From assembly GCA_028534125.1 (NCBI GenBank), contig CM052832.1, positions 15,254,001 through 15,318,000 of the forward strand: 64,000 bases of DNA, in the 5' to 3' direction. The DNA is from Lama glama. Taxonomy: Eukaryota. Under the pieces are notes generated by a model. It searched no databases. It saw nothing but the letters and a program-made list of their open reading frames with translations, and was not told where the DNA came from. The first letter of the stretch is position 1. The number at the start of each line of letters is the position of its first letter. Shown here one piece after another: positions 10,501-22,722 of the stretch. The position numbers and the translations under genes were made by a program.

Positions 10501-13500
10501 TTTCACTGAGAAAACATCAACATCAAACAAAACAGTTGTGGAGGGGCTTCGGAGTCAGGCAGAGGGAGGCCTGGGGGCACAGGGGGTTGGCTTGCCCTAC
10601 TTGTTAGCTGCCTAGCCTCTGAACGTTTTTCTTATGCTGAGGGTCCCTCTCCCCCTATTAAGCAGAGGGTCTGCCTCCTTTTACAGAAATGCAAAATACC
10701 AGATACTCACTTTTCCATACTTCTTTGCAGCTCAGCTATGGCATGACCCCCAGACCCAGGCTGAGTGGAGCTCAGCACCCCAGGCCTCAAGTGGGAGTCT
10801 AGGGGTAGGAAAAGCCTGTGTCCTGGTGACATTGGTGGCCTGGCTATTATGGTTTCCAAGGCCAGCTGTTCTTCCAAGAGCATCCAGCTGCTCCTCAGTG
10901 CCCAGGCCTGTCTGTCTTCTGTGCAAATCACAGGGGCCAGGACCTTGGAATGACAGTGGCATTCTCTGGACCAGTTCTGCAGCTGAATTTCAGATGCTGT
11001 TACTGGTCGACTGCCTTGCAGAGTCTGAGCTTCCCGGTGTCTTTTAATAAATTTTTTTTCTGCTCATGTCCACCAGCATCATTCTCTGTGACCTGCAAAT
11101 AAGAACTCCACCTGATAGAGGACCCCTTGGCATTGCCACCTGTCAGCTGTCCAGAGTCACACAGCTGGTGGTGGCACACCTTGGACAAGTCCCGAGCTTG
11201 TGGTGCTGCCCCACCTGCTCTGCTGTCAGTCCAGGGAGCCGTAGGGGAGCCGTGAATGCCACATGTGTGCAGAAGAGGGACCCATCCCTGCCAGGCGTGG
11301 TGGCCAGAACAGGCTTCTTGGAGACAGTGGGCCAGAAGGGTAAGTAAACTAAATGGGCTGAGATGAAAGGGGATGGTTTTAGGGGGAAAAGACATTATAC
11401 TAAGCCTGACTATTTAGACAGTAGAACTAGGAATTGGCTCAGGACTGGGGACATGACCCATGTGCCAATGTGTCACCCCTACCCCTCCAGCCCCTGGCTC
11501 TGAGCTGACAGCAATGGAGAACAAAAAAATAAGCACTTAGTGACAATTAATTGCTAAGATACAAAGAAAAATTGTTTTGAATATTAAAATTATAGATATA
11601 AAGCTATTTGGAGCATGAGTCAGAGTTTATGAAAACATTATTTACATTGATTTATTCCCAGAGCCATCAAGACTCCTTGAAAATAATCAAAGTTGACATT
11701 TCCATTGCTGAAGTTAATGTTGATATCATATAATGAAAATTATATGCTTGGGATGGGCTGTGTGTCTAGAAAGTGTTAAAACCAACACCAACATCTACAG
11801 ATCTCTGTACACCCCCCATTATTAAGTACCCGGTTACCAAGGGTCGAGCTTCTGAGGCTCTTCAACCACTGGCCCCTGGCCCAGCCTCCAGCCATCCAGT
11901 ACCCAGGGACTCTCAGATCTGACGAGGAGTGTGAGAAGCATACCCCAGGGCCTCGAGCAAGGATCGGGCTCAACTCCCACAAGGAAAGTTAGTTGAAGGG
12001 ATGCTCTAGTCACCTGGTTGGGTGCTCACTAAGAGCCCACAACCATGTTGGCTTTCTCTGGTAACTTCCACAGGCAGCAAGTGCCAAAGCAGGAGCTCCG
12101 TGTTGCTGCCAGAGTCAGCGAATTCCTTGCTCCTGGGGGTCACCTGGAAGGCTTTGGGATCGAGTGAACCATCACTGTACAATACTGTATACATTTGTTC
12201 CTTTTTTCAACTAATCTTCTAGAAGCATCCAGTGTGTCCTGTGCTCTGTGTGATGGGTTGGTGATTTTGAGACATAGGAGCAAAGTCCTGGCCTGGAGGT
12301 GCCTCCTCTGATGGGCAACCATGACAATGCAGGATCCTATGGGCCCTGGAAACTGTGAGCACCAGGGAGGGGATGGCAGGTGCCAGGACGGTCCTGGCAA
12401 AGGGCAGCACCCCACACAAAGGCGTGGAATCCTCAGAGACCTGGTCAGGAGTGGAGTGTGAGGGCACCTGGCTGACAGAGGCCTCAGGAGCCAGAGTAGG
12501 AGTGAAGCTCTCAGAAAAGCTAGGTGGCTCTGGGGGTGGGGGGAGTGGGGGTGTCGGGGGATCTTCCAGAGGGAGCAGCTGCTCCCCAGCGCTTGGATGG
12601 AGGCTCAGTTTAGTCCTCAGGAGAACAGGTATCTGTAAGATGCTCAGACTGTGGACCAGGTCACTGCCCCAACTGTTAAGAAGGGAATTCGCAGAATGAA
12701 GGTGCCTCTCCCCGAGCAGGATGAGGCTCCAAGAAGGGAAAGGAGCCACAGTGGGGTGATGGGTGCCTCATCAGATGCCTATGTCTCTCTTTCAAGCTTC
12801 TTTACCTTCAACGCCACTCAAGACTTGCCCTTCCTCCCCATCTCAGGCCCAAAGATCCTAGATAAGCCACCAGAGGCGGGTGGGCGGGGCTGATGGAGAA
12901 GGATGCGGCGTTAGTGGATGTGGAAGCAATACAGGTGGCCTTTTCCCTCAGGTTCGTGGCCTCTCCCTTTAGCACCCACTCCCCCAGGGCAGAAGGAAAG
13001 GCTGAGAGAGGAGAGAAGAGACCCTAGTGAGTGGCCCCTGGGTCCATGGTGAACACCAGTTCTTTCCCCCAATTTGTCCCCTCCCCCTTTCCCTGCTCCC
13101 AAGAGCCTCTGCTCTCTGGGGGATCCTGGAGGTCCGGGAGGTGCATGATACCCCTGGGCTGGACCACGTGACCTGGCTGAGCCAACCGAATGCTTTATAC
13201 AGTGGCTAGGTCAGGGCTAGTCTCATGGCCTGCATCTATACAGTCCAACTGAAATGTGGTTTAGGACACTGGCTAGTCTCTTCCTGCATAAAGGAACTTG
13301 GGAGCACACAACTTCTAGAGCTTCTGGAAGCCATCTTTGCAACTACTGAGTGGCCCTGAGTGGGGTCAGCCTTGGAAAAAAAACTGGAGGACAGGAGCGC
13401 TACAGAAAGAAGCCTGCCTTTTGGGCCGCTTCCCAGTCCAGGAGAGGCTCCCCACTCTGCCACGGCTCTCAAGCCTCCACTGCTCCACATCCTAATGTGG

Positions 13501-13879
13501 CCAACCTGTCTCTTCTCTCACCAAGAAGAGGTCAGACTGAGCAGCCCAGCTCCAGGGGCGTCCTCACCACAATGGATTGCTCGGGAAGCCACCTCTTGGG
13601 TCATTGCTTCTGTTTGGTAGGATGTGGGTCACATGCCCGTGGCCTGGCTGCAAGGGAGTCTCGGAAAGCAAGTGTTCCCATAGTGGGAGATGGGTACTTG
13701 TACAGGGGAGGTTCCCCAACTTCTTAGGATCTGGGTGGCCAAAGAGAATGACAAACATCACCTCCAAACCCCCAGAACCTAGACCAGAAACTTGGCCACT
13801 GGAGGGTGGGGTGGGGCCTGCTGCAGCTCTCTCACCCAGGCTCCTCCCCTCTTCAGTACTCCTCTGCCCCTCCCTCCAG

Positions 13880-13986
13880 GCTGGGGTGCATCCTTCTTCG
13901 TCTTCCTAGGCCTCCCCTGCCCTCTGGTACCAACACACTGCCTGGCATATCATGGGTGTTGGCTAAATGTTTGTGAGTTGAGTTGA
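13880..13986 (+). mobile_element. L2 3' tail
   Basis: acactgcctggcatatcatgggtgttggctaaatgtttgtgagttgag. Confidence 0.6.
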
Positions 13987-14149
13987 CCCGTCTAGCACCG
14001 GGACAGCCAGGAACGTGTCATCTCAGTGAGGTAAGTAACTTGGTCACCCTGCCCAACCCTGGAATGATGGAGGAGAGGTGGACAGATAATTTGTCAAACA
14101 CAGAGGTAAAAGAGATGGTGATCAACAATGGGGGAAGCAAAGGAGGCCA

Positions 14150-14790
14150 GGAGAGGGGATGGAGATGGAGTGATCAGGGATGCAGGGAGGCCCTCCTGAG
14201 ATGACAACTTGTGGGCACCAAGCTGGGAGAACTCTGGGTGAAAAGGTTTCAGACAGAGAGGACAACACCTTCAAAGACGCAGAGGTGGAGTGTAATTGGT
14301 GTGGCTGGACCAGAGTGAGCAAGGCGGGAAAGGCAGGAGGGGAACCAGAGGGCTGAGGGTGGAGCAGATCTCACAGAACCCTGTTGGCCATTGGGAGGAC
14401 TCAGATTCTGACTCTGAAGACAGGAGCCACTGCAAGTGTTAGAGTAGAGAATTGGCATGATCTGACTTGGGTTTAACAAGATCACTCAGCTGCTGTGTTG
14501 AGTGTGGGACAAGGGTGGGAGCAGTGAGGCCAGGCTGTTGCAGTCCTTCTGGAGAGACAGGGAGCAGCCAGACCAGAGGGGGAAGCCATGGAGGCGGTGA
14601 GAGGTGATCAGACCCGGCTTACATCTGGACGTGGAGCTGGTGGCTAGTTGATGGACAGGGTGTGGGGTGTGAGACAGGAGTTGAGGACAGTTCCCAGGAT
14701 TGGGTCTGACTGGAAGGATGGAGCTACCATTTAATGAGATGGGGAAGCTGTAGGAAGAGCTGGTTGTGGGATTTGGGAGTCAGAAGGGCA
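14150..14790 (-). mobile_element. L2 LINE fragment
   Basis: Typical antisense L2 text: ggagccactgcaagtg...catgatctgacttgggtttaacaagatcactcagctgctgtg...ggatggagctaccatttaatgagatggggaag. Confidence 0.8.
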
Positions 14791-14819
14791 GTGGGGGGTG
14801 TACAAACAGAAGAGCAACA

Positions 14820-14960
14820 TAGATAACAGTACGGGTCAGCAGGAATGGAGCACTGCACACACGTGATGCTCCCACCCGAGCACTCTGAATGCACGATCTC
14901 ATCTAATTCAATAATCTGGGGGAGGGAGATGCTGGTTTTGCCCCATGTAACAGAACAATT
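14820..14960 (-). mobile_element. MIR fragment
   Basis: gagcact...gatctcatctaattcaataatc...tttgccccat. Confidence 0.5.
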
Positions 14961-15429
14961 AGATATCACTCTGCATTCCTTCTGCTCATTCAAGCCTCCC
15001 TATGTCCCCCTCCCACAACAAACCAAAACAAAATACGAGCAACCAGGTCCCAGGCAGTAGAGGCAGAGAGCAGAAGCTGCTTGAAGGCCCAGATTGCTCT
15101 GCCTTTTGTCAGAGCTCAGGATGAGCTAGTATCTGGTGGGACTTGGGGAAGGGAGGCAGAGCCTCTGGTTAGGCTGTAGGGGGGCTTCCAGGGGCTCACA
15201 GCCTCCCCCAGAGCCCAAAAGCAGCAGAGCACAGCCCAGAGAAACTAGGAGTGCCCCCATGTTACAATGAATGCATGGGGAGCCCAGACACAGCCCAGAA
15301 GGAGTTCCCTCCCAGACAGTGAGACTGGGTACCCAGGTGAGATTATTCTGGTCACAAATGACAGGAAACCTGGCCAGAGAGGCTTACACCCAGCTGTATA
15401 CAGGAACTGGTCTGCAGGGACTTGGAAGA

Positions 15430-15572
15430 GACTTCTCTTCCCAACTCCACGTTCAGTGTCATCCAGTTGGTAGCTTGAATCAGCCCCAGTAGGAGTATTT
15501 ACACAGTGGGAATTAGCAAACACTACACATCAGGACTTTCCTCTGGAAAGCTTGTTGTTACTAACACACCAC
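15430..15572 (+). mobile_element. hAT-Blackjack DNA transposon fossil (MER63-like)
   Basis: ctcttcccaactccacgttcagtg...ggtagcttgaatcag...ggagtatttacac...ggaattagcaaacactacacatcagg resembles the recalled MER63 consensus. Confidence 0.7.
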
Positions 15573-15933
15573 GGCTTAAACCCTCTCCCTCAAAACATAC
15601 TGTGACTTTTACTGGCTGACACCCCTGGGACATCCAGGGATAGGACTGAGTGCAGGACACTAAATATCACCCCTAGGGCTCAGACTTTCTGTCCTCATCA
15701 TGTGCCTGGGTTCTTCCCAGGGTGGCAAGTTGGCGATAGGATCCAGCTCCGGATCCTAGAAGTCCCAGCGTAGAGACCCCAGTGGAGGCAAAAACTTCTC
15801 TGTCCCACAAGCCCCAGCAGAAGCCCCATAACTGAGAATCAGGGGTCCTACTAGGTCATGTGCTCATCCTGAACCAATCACAATGGCCAGGAAGAAGAAA
15901 ACGCTGTTGGGCCAGGCCCAGATCAGGAGCCGT

Positions 15934-15934
<1 letters not shown>

Positions 15935-15996
<62 letters not shown>
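15935..15996. repeat. (GT)31 microsatellite
   Basis: Direct reading; continues into alternating purine/pyrimidine atgcgtgcgcacatgcgc. Confidence 0.97.
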
Positions 15997-15999
<3 letters not shown>

Positions 16000-16682
16000 C
16001 GTGCGCACATGCGCTCACACACACGGGGGCACTCACACAAACCCACATACTAAGAGAGGCAGAGGGCTCATGCCTCACAGCTCTTAGTGGAGGAAGGGGA
16101 ACTGGATATTGGGCAGGCAACACCAATAGGGTCTCTCACACTTGGCTCTGTGGAGCAAATTCATATGTGTGACTGGCACAAGCTCACTCAGCCGGCTCAG
16201 GATTTGCGTCACCAAGACCCAGGCTCCTACCATTGTCCTGCTCTGTCCTCCTTGGGGTCAACCATGATAGAGCTATGGAGCTCTGTCTGAGCTCTCACCC
16301 TGGTACCCAGACAGCCAAAGCCAGATTCAGGGCACAGAGCCTCTTCTCCCAGGGGCTTTCCTTATCAGGAAAATCCTTTTGGGAAGTGCCAGCAGCCCTC
16401 CCCTCACATCTCACTGGCGAGAACTGGGTCACATGGCCGCCCCTCCACCAATCATTGTTCACTTTAAAACCCACACAACATTAGGGGCTGGTCAGCCAGG
16501 AGGAGGGGCCCAGTGGTCAATGGAGTCTGTGAGGAGAGAGGTATTACATTGCCGAGAGCAGCAAAGCCCACTAAGGTGAGGCAGGAGGTTGGTGTAAGGC
16601 GTCTGCAGCCTCCTCAGCCTGTGCAGAGTAAGCTGCGTCCCTGCTTCTGAACCTGGGGGGTGGGGAGGGGGGCTGCCCCGCT

Positions 16683-16800
16683 GGGTCACTGCTCATCCTG
16701 GTTTGCCCAGCCACCCTGGTTTATGCCTGTCATCCCCCTGTAATTTCTAATTGCACCCCCTTTCCCTCTTAGAGGGATCCTGGGCTGGTAGAGGGCAGCC
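16683..16800 (-). mobile_element. hAT-Blackjack MITE (MER94-like)
   Basis: tcctggtttgccc...ggtttatgcctgtcatccc...taatttctaattgcaccccctttccctct resembles the reverse MER94 consensus. Confidence 0.6.
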
Positions 16801-17259
16801 ACTGAGGTCCCTGCAAGACTGGGGCATAGGAGAGCTGAGGTATCTCCAGGCCGGGACCCAGGGCAGGAAGTGTTTTCCAGAAACTTCTTCGCCAGGCTCC
16901 CAACCAGGCTGAGGGCAGGAGCATGAGGTTTAGGGCTGCTCTGGGAGCCTGGCAGAGGTTCCTTTATTCTGAACTGAGGCCTTCACGCATGGCTTGGCTG
17001 AAATCTCTCCCAGACAGCTGGAGACTGGGCCTTGCCTCCCTCAAGCCTCATTCCTGAGGCCGAGGCACACAGTGTCAGCCCTAAGGCTGGGCAGGATGTC
17101 TCAGGCTAGGACAAGGCCGAGGACAGGCAGTGTCAGTGGCACAAACATGCTGCTGCATCTGTGTCTTGGTAGGTAAAAGCCACATCTTTGCTGGGGGCAT
17201 TAGGAAGGCTTTGGGGGAGCACTAAGCAGCAGAGAAGCTTGGGACCATCTCAGGCAATA

Positions 17260-17512
17260 TTTGCCACCCATGAATGGGAGGGTCGTTTCATGGTTTGCAA
17301 CCAGCCTTATTTTAAGGGAACAAAAGCAAAAAAAAAAAAAAAAAGGAACGAGAACACAAAATATCAGAGTATAACCTGTACAATAAGAGCATCAGTTCAC
17401 AAAGTATTGTCTCAGTTCCCAAAATTTTCTGGTTTTGGTTTTATGATACGTATGTTGTATATATCGTGTCCTGATATTACATGCACTTCAAAAAAGTTTG
17501 AAAAACAGTAGC
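17260..17512. mobile_element. Probable hAT-Charlie-type DNA transposon fragment with internal poly(A)
   Basis: Ends in aaaaaagtttgaaaaacagtag (Charlie-like terminus); AT-rich body. Confidence 0.4.
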
Positions 17513-19361
17513 TCAGTCTGACCCTAAACACGTAAAGTGATCTGGCCAAGGTCAACGACCAACAGGTGTGCGAACCATACCATGGTTTTCCAGCCTGCCT
17601 GCAGACTCAGCGGCTGATATTGGAGCATCTGCTCTAGACCGGCACCGTGCTAGATGCTTGGGGAGGGCTGCTTGGATGACTCAGGTGCACAAGCCATTTT
17701 AATGCCAAGGGTGTCTTGGGAACCCAGAGGAGAGACATCTGGCCCCATCCCCAGGCAGGGACTGGGAGTGGGGAAGGGAAAGAAGGGGAATCAGGAAAAG
17801 ATTCCTAGAGGAGGGGCCTGTTGTGGTCAGATGTGTGTTTGTTCACAATCTGGAAAGGCCTGTCCTGAGGCTCTCTTCTAGAGGGCACAGCTTGAACAGG
17901 GACAGGGGTGTGATGAGCCATTAGGGGGCCTGGTGGGGTTGCTACTCTGTCTGAGGCTGGATGTCATCTGGGGGCTCACTGCCTCCCTGTACTCTAAACT
18001 CCATTTCAAGGCACTGCCTTCCCCCAACTCATCCCCATCTCTGGCTATAGCTGGGGAGAGGAATCTCCCAAACAGCCAACAGCTCCAGGCTGGAGTGCGC
18101 CCGCAGCCCAGGCTGAGAGAAGGCGCTGGCTGCAGCTTCCTCCCTGGGCCTGACCCCTGTGCTCTCTTCACCCTAGCTCTGAGCTGCCCAGCCTGCCCAG
18201 CCCCCGTCAGCCGGGGTGCTCTGGAGAACCAGGACGATGCAGAAACAGGTAGGTGAGTAGTAAATGCTGAGTTAGTAGAACCAGGCCTGGTGGGGGCTAT
18301 GCCTCCCTGCACCCTCGGTCCTCGCCCCTAGGCCAGACCACCTTCCCAGGCACCCTCGGGGTGGGCAGCCTGGGGTAGGGTGAACTAGGTCCCCCAGTAC
18401 TCACCCCTCCATGGACGGGTGTCTCTGCTATTTCTCAGCGCCCCATTAGCAACATTCCTGGGCTTGGGGCAAGGCCTAATTAGTCCAGAAGCCTAAGTAA
18501 TGCAAAAGGCACTAGAGTGGGGCTCCCCTCCCTGCCAGTGACAAGCAGCAAGATTTAGAGTCAGCAATTTTCCTACACTGGACCTTGTGCCTCTGGCTAC
18601 AAAAGGAGAAAAGATGTCCAAAGTGCCCCCAGCCCTGGAGGCTGAGGACCATACTCAACCGCTTCCTCTGGAAGTCCTTCTAAGCATCTAACCTGCAGCC
18701 CTCTAGCTTGCTGCAAAATCCAGGAGCAACAGTTTCCCCCAGGCTGAGAACCCAAGTGCTAGAACCAAAACCCCACACGCCCTGGGCTCCACTCAGCCAG
18801 TCCCTCCCAGGAAGCCCCATCCAGGTGGACAGTTTGATGGAGGTGCTGGGGACAGTGTGCTAATGGCTGTTGAAGCTCCACAGTGTTGGTGTGAGTTAAT
18901 TACCCTGGAGGCCAGAGTCAGATGAGTACTTCATAAAGCTAGAGCCCCCGGTGATGTATTCCTTCATCCTCCATTGCTGTAAGAGAGAGCTGTGGGATGG
19001 CTCAGAAGACGGGCATCCAGATTGGGGGGAATGCACCAGTGCTGCCTCTCACTGCATACTCAGCCCTGACCTGGGCCCCAGGGGTACTTGGCCACTTATT
19101 GGGGGACCCTGGGCCCCTCCCTCTCTCTCTCACAACATTTCTGGATTAGGTGGCTTACTCTGACATGCTCTATGCCATGTAACCCCAGGTGTGGGACAGG
19201 GATCAAGACCTCCGCCAGCCACAGAGGGCACTGGCCTGGGAGAGAGAGTAACCACAGGCTCAATAAACTCCCAATCCGACCACAAGCAGGCAACTGCAGA
19301 GCACTGGTCACTGTGGGCTGGAGAGGCAGGCATGGGCACCACGGTGTGACATTTGCCTGAC

Positions 19362-19363
<2 letters not shown>

Positions 19364-19408
<45 letters not shown>
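19364..19408. repeat. Compound (TC)n(AC)n microsatellite
   Basis: Direct reading. Confidence 0.95.
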
Positions 19409-19409
<1 letters not shown>

Positions 19410-19736
19410 CAGATGCTCTAGGGATCCTCCCCAGCACTTGTCCATGGCAGTTCCAGGGCCCCCTTGAGGGCTTGGTGGGAGCAGAAGGAAGGGATGACTG
19501 GCCTTGTTCTGAAAGCCAGTGTCACTCCCACAACTTGGGCTTCCTCCACTGCCTCATGAGCTCTCAGAACCCCCTGTTTATCCACCTGAACGGCTCCCGC
19601 CCTGCAGCTTTCTAATAGGAAGCAGGTGGGCTGTGAGAGTGAGGGCAGGCTACTCCATACCTGCCTGGGCCCTGTGCCCACTTGAGCCGTTCCAGTGCGT
19701 TCTGACCTGCCTAGAGAGCTGGGGCAGGAGTCACTC

Positions 19737-20970
19737 CCAGGAATGCCCGGAGCCCACCCCCAGCCCAGATGCCCTGAAGCAGATCTGCCTCTCTGGGGAT
19801 GGTCCCTCTGGCCATCTTGATCCAGGCTCAGCCAAGGGGGTGGTCTGAAGCCCAGGCCTGTCCTGCTCCTCCAGCCCTAGCCCAAGAGGATACTTCCTCC
19901 TGCAGCATAAAGCAATGCCTCACTCCAGCCTGGACACAGCACCCTGGGGCTGCCCTGGACAGATGGGGGTGGGGGCCAGGAAGAACATGTGAGCACAGGG
20001 TACAGCACAGAGCTGGGAGGCCAGGGATGGAGGGAGGGGAGGTGTCCCGGGGAGGGTCTCCCACTCCTCCCTCCCCTCCCACCCTGGCTACTGTCACTTC
20101 CATNNNNNNNNNNNNNNNNNNNNNNNNNNNNNNNNNNNNNNNNNNNNNNNNNNNNNNNNNNNNNNNNNNNNNNNNNNNNNNNNNNNNNNNNNNNNNNNNN
20201 NNNNNNNNNNNNNNNNNNNNNNNNNNNNNNNNNNNNNNNNNNNNNNNNNNNNNNNNNNNNNNNNNNNNNNNNNNNNNNNNNNNNNNNNNNNNNNNNNNNN
20301 NNNNNNNNNNNNNNNNNNNNNNNNNNNNNNNNNNNNNNNNNNNNNNNNNNNNNNNNNNNNNNNNNNNNNNNNNNNNNNNNNNNNNNNNNNNNNNNNNNNN
20401 NNNNNNNNNNNNNNNNNNNNNNNNNNNNNNNNNNNNNNNNNNNNNNNNNNNNNNNNNNNNNNNNNNNNNNNNNNNNNNNNNNNNNNNNNNNNNNNNNNNN
20501 NNNNNNNNNNNNNNNNNNNNNNNNNNNNNNNNNNNNNNNNNNNNNNNNNNNNNNNNNNNNNNNNNNNNNNNNNNNNNNNNNNNNNNNNNNNNNNNNNNNN
20601 NNNCCAGGAATGCCCGGAGCCCACCCCCAGCCCAGATGCCCTGAAGCAGATCTGCCTCTCTGGGGATGGTCCCTCTGGCCATCTTGATCCAGGCTCAGCC
20701 AAGGGAGTGGTCTGAAGCCCAGGCCTGTCCTGCTCCTCCAGCCCTAGCCCAAGAGGATACTTCCTCCTGCCGCATAAAGCAATGCCTCACTCCAGCCTGG
20801 ACACAGCACCCTGGGGCTGCCCTGGACAGATGGGGGTGGGGGCCAGGAAGAACATGTGAGCACAGGGTACAGCACAGAGCTGGGAGGCCAGGGATGGAGG
20901 GAGGGGAGGTGTCCCGGGGAGGGTCTCCCACTCCTCCCTCCCCTCCCACCCTGGCTACTGTCACTTCCAT
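19737..20970. other. Assembly gap (500 N, 20104-20603) flanked by a 367-bp direct duplication (19737-20103 / 20604-20970)
   Basis: By eye the copies are identical except 19839 G vs 20706 A and 19904 A vs 20771 C. Confidence 0.95.
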
Positions 20971-20999
20971 TTTCCCAGCCTCCCTAGACTCTACTAGCA

Positions 21000-21430
21000 A
21001 CCTTCATTTACAGGAAACTGAGGTCCCAAGGGGAGAACACTTGTCGGAGGTGGGGGTAGGCAGGCATCTACCCTCAAGCCTTCTGCCTGAGGCCTCGTCC
21101 CATCTCTACCTCTGTCCTTCCCTTGGGCCAGTCTCTGCCCTTCTCAGGACCTGTTTCCTTATCTGTAAACTGGGTGCTTTGCACATAGTGATCTCTGGGG
21201 TCCTTTCCTGATTCCCCCCCTCTAGGTGAGCTGCATTCTCCCAGCCCCTGGCCTGATTCCCTTTGGCCTCTAGCCAGCTGTGCTGCCTCTGGCAGGATTT
21301 CAGCCTCTCTGAGCTCATTGACTCCTTTGTACACTGGGGTCATATTCCCTTGCCCTGCTGACCTCTGAGCCTGTTGTGAGGGTTAAATGTTATCAAGGAT
21401 GGCAAAGCGCTTTGAAACGTGTGATAGAAG
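21000..21430. mobile_element. Cluster of MIR fragments in both orientations
   Basis: catttacaggaaactgaggtccc (reverse core); ccttgggcca...tgtttccttatctgtaaactggg (forward core); gttgtgagggttaaatg...aaagcgcttt (tail). Confidence 0.6.
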
Positions 21431-22129
21431 GATTGCATAATTCTGGGGTCTCTGTGTGAGAGCCCAGCTCTGTTTTGTTTGGCTGGCCTGCTGTAGTCTC
21501 ATATTTGAATGCCATTAGGCAGAATACTCACTGTCCAGTAGGCCCTCGGCCTCCCCACCTCCTACTTTCTTAGAGTGGACAGCCATATCATACGGCTACC
21601 TTTGTGTCTGGCCCTGAGTTTGATGGTGTCAGAGTCCTCACTCCCATCCAAGAGCCTCTGGGGTCCCGTGGGTACCCCCTGACAGAGATCACAGGGCTGG
21701 AGCACACAGGTCATAGAGGGCCCAGCAGGCCACCTCTGCATCCTGCCACCTCCCCACACCCTCCAATGCCCAGGCCCCCAGCCTCCCAGGCCCAAGGGTA
21801 GGAAGGGGCCCACAGGTGCTGCCTTTAGCCACTGCTGATGACAAATTGCTCCCATGGGTTCTGAAATGACCATGTAGTTTTCCCTTTTTCCAGTGAGGAA
21901 TTTGCCAAGTCTCCCCCAGCCTGAGCCCCCCTCCCCAATCTACACCTTGCCTGTGTTCCTCAGACCTTAAAGAATATTTAACCACCTGTTAAATGATTTA
22001 TCCCATTGAGGCTCCAGAGCTCAGGGCATCTCACGGGCCTCCTGGAGAATTAACTAGAGCCATAAATCAAAGCGACATCTGAGAAATTTCCAGCGGCCCC
22101 AGACAGTAGGCAGTGGCTCAGGCCCAGAC

Positions 22130-22176
22130 AGGGGAAATGGCATTTAGATGGAGGGGAAATGGCATTTAGGATGGAG
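22130..22176. repeat. Two-copy ~22-bp tandem duplication (aggggaaatggcatttagatgg)
   Basis: Direct reading; the second copy has a 1-nt insertion. Confidence 0.9.
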
Positions 22177-22722
22177 AGGCAGGAGTGTTAGCCAGCTCTG
22201 AAGGAGGTGGTGGGCCAAGGACATTCTGCTTCTAGAGGGTTCTGTCAGGACTGCTGGCAAGTCCCCTTGGCTCTCTGTGTCCAATGCAGACACTACCTTA
22301 ACCCCTCACATGTCCAGAGCCCTCTACAGTCCACAAAAAGCTTTTCCACCTGTTGTCTCATCTGATTTCAAAATGAGCCCAGGGAGGCTGGCATGGGGAA
22401 TGAGGAGAGTTAGGCCCAATGCAGGGGGGGCAGGGCAGTCCTGTCTTGTGGCAGCCCAAGAGCGACAACTATGACAGGAAGCAGGGACCAGACAGCAGCT
22501 TGGGTTGAGGCACGGTGGCAAAAGAGGACCAGGTGAGGCTATGTTTGGATTCTGGGTCAGGGTTCAAGGGCAGCAGAGGGAAGGAATGTAGGAGAAATTG
22601 ATAGTGAGCCAACTCTGTGCTAAACCCAGAGCCAAGCTGCAGAGACAAACCCCCCAAATCCCAGAAGAACTTAGGAGGAAGGTAGGTCTTTGAACCCCAT
22701 TTTACAGATGAATAAACTGAAG

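Larger units (their letters stand above)
662..12750 (-). pseudogene. Candidate decayed multi-exon protein-coding gene (unidentified); may extend past position 1
   Basis: Minus-strand blocks bounded by AG acceptors and GT donors: 662-891, 1111-1280, 1435-1513, 3306-3489, 4028-4633, 5722-5788 and 7290-7382. There is also an acceptor at 5574-5575 and a donor AAAA|GTGAGT at 10711/10710. Translations look protein-like (APPFGFLQQFYTKPTRKLVFREINTQ, QLIFLHRMKINHFAPENYI*HLILFVGQG, DDFLGPFLEIFSEDRPKREDLIKVQEVTRLLP) but have stops and phase mismatches. Few interspersed repeats. No family recognised. Confidence 0.45.

Noticed and set aside
12219..12749. 176-aa proline-rich minus-strand ORF as a standalone CDS
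   Set aside because: Non-ATG start and no family match; at best a fragment of the decayed gene
15860..16172. ORFs with VCVC/HTHT runs (also near 35.6 kb)
   Set aside because: Translations of (GT)n microsatellites
19799..20702. Longest ORFs in the track (281, 284, 232 and 202 aa)
   Set aside because: Their length comes from reading through the 500-N gap
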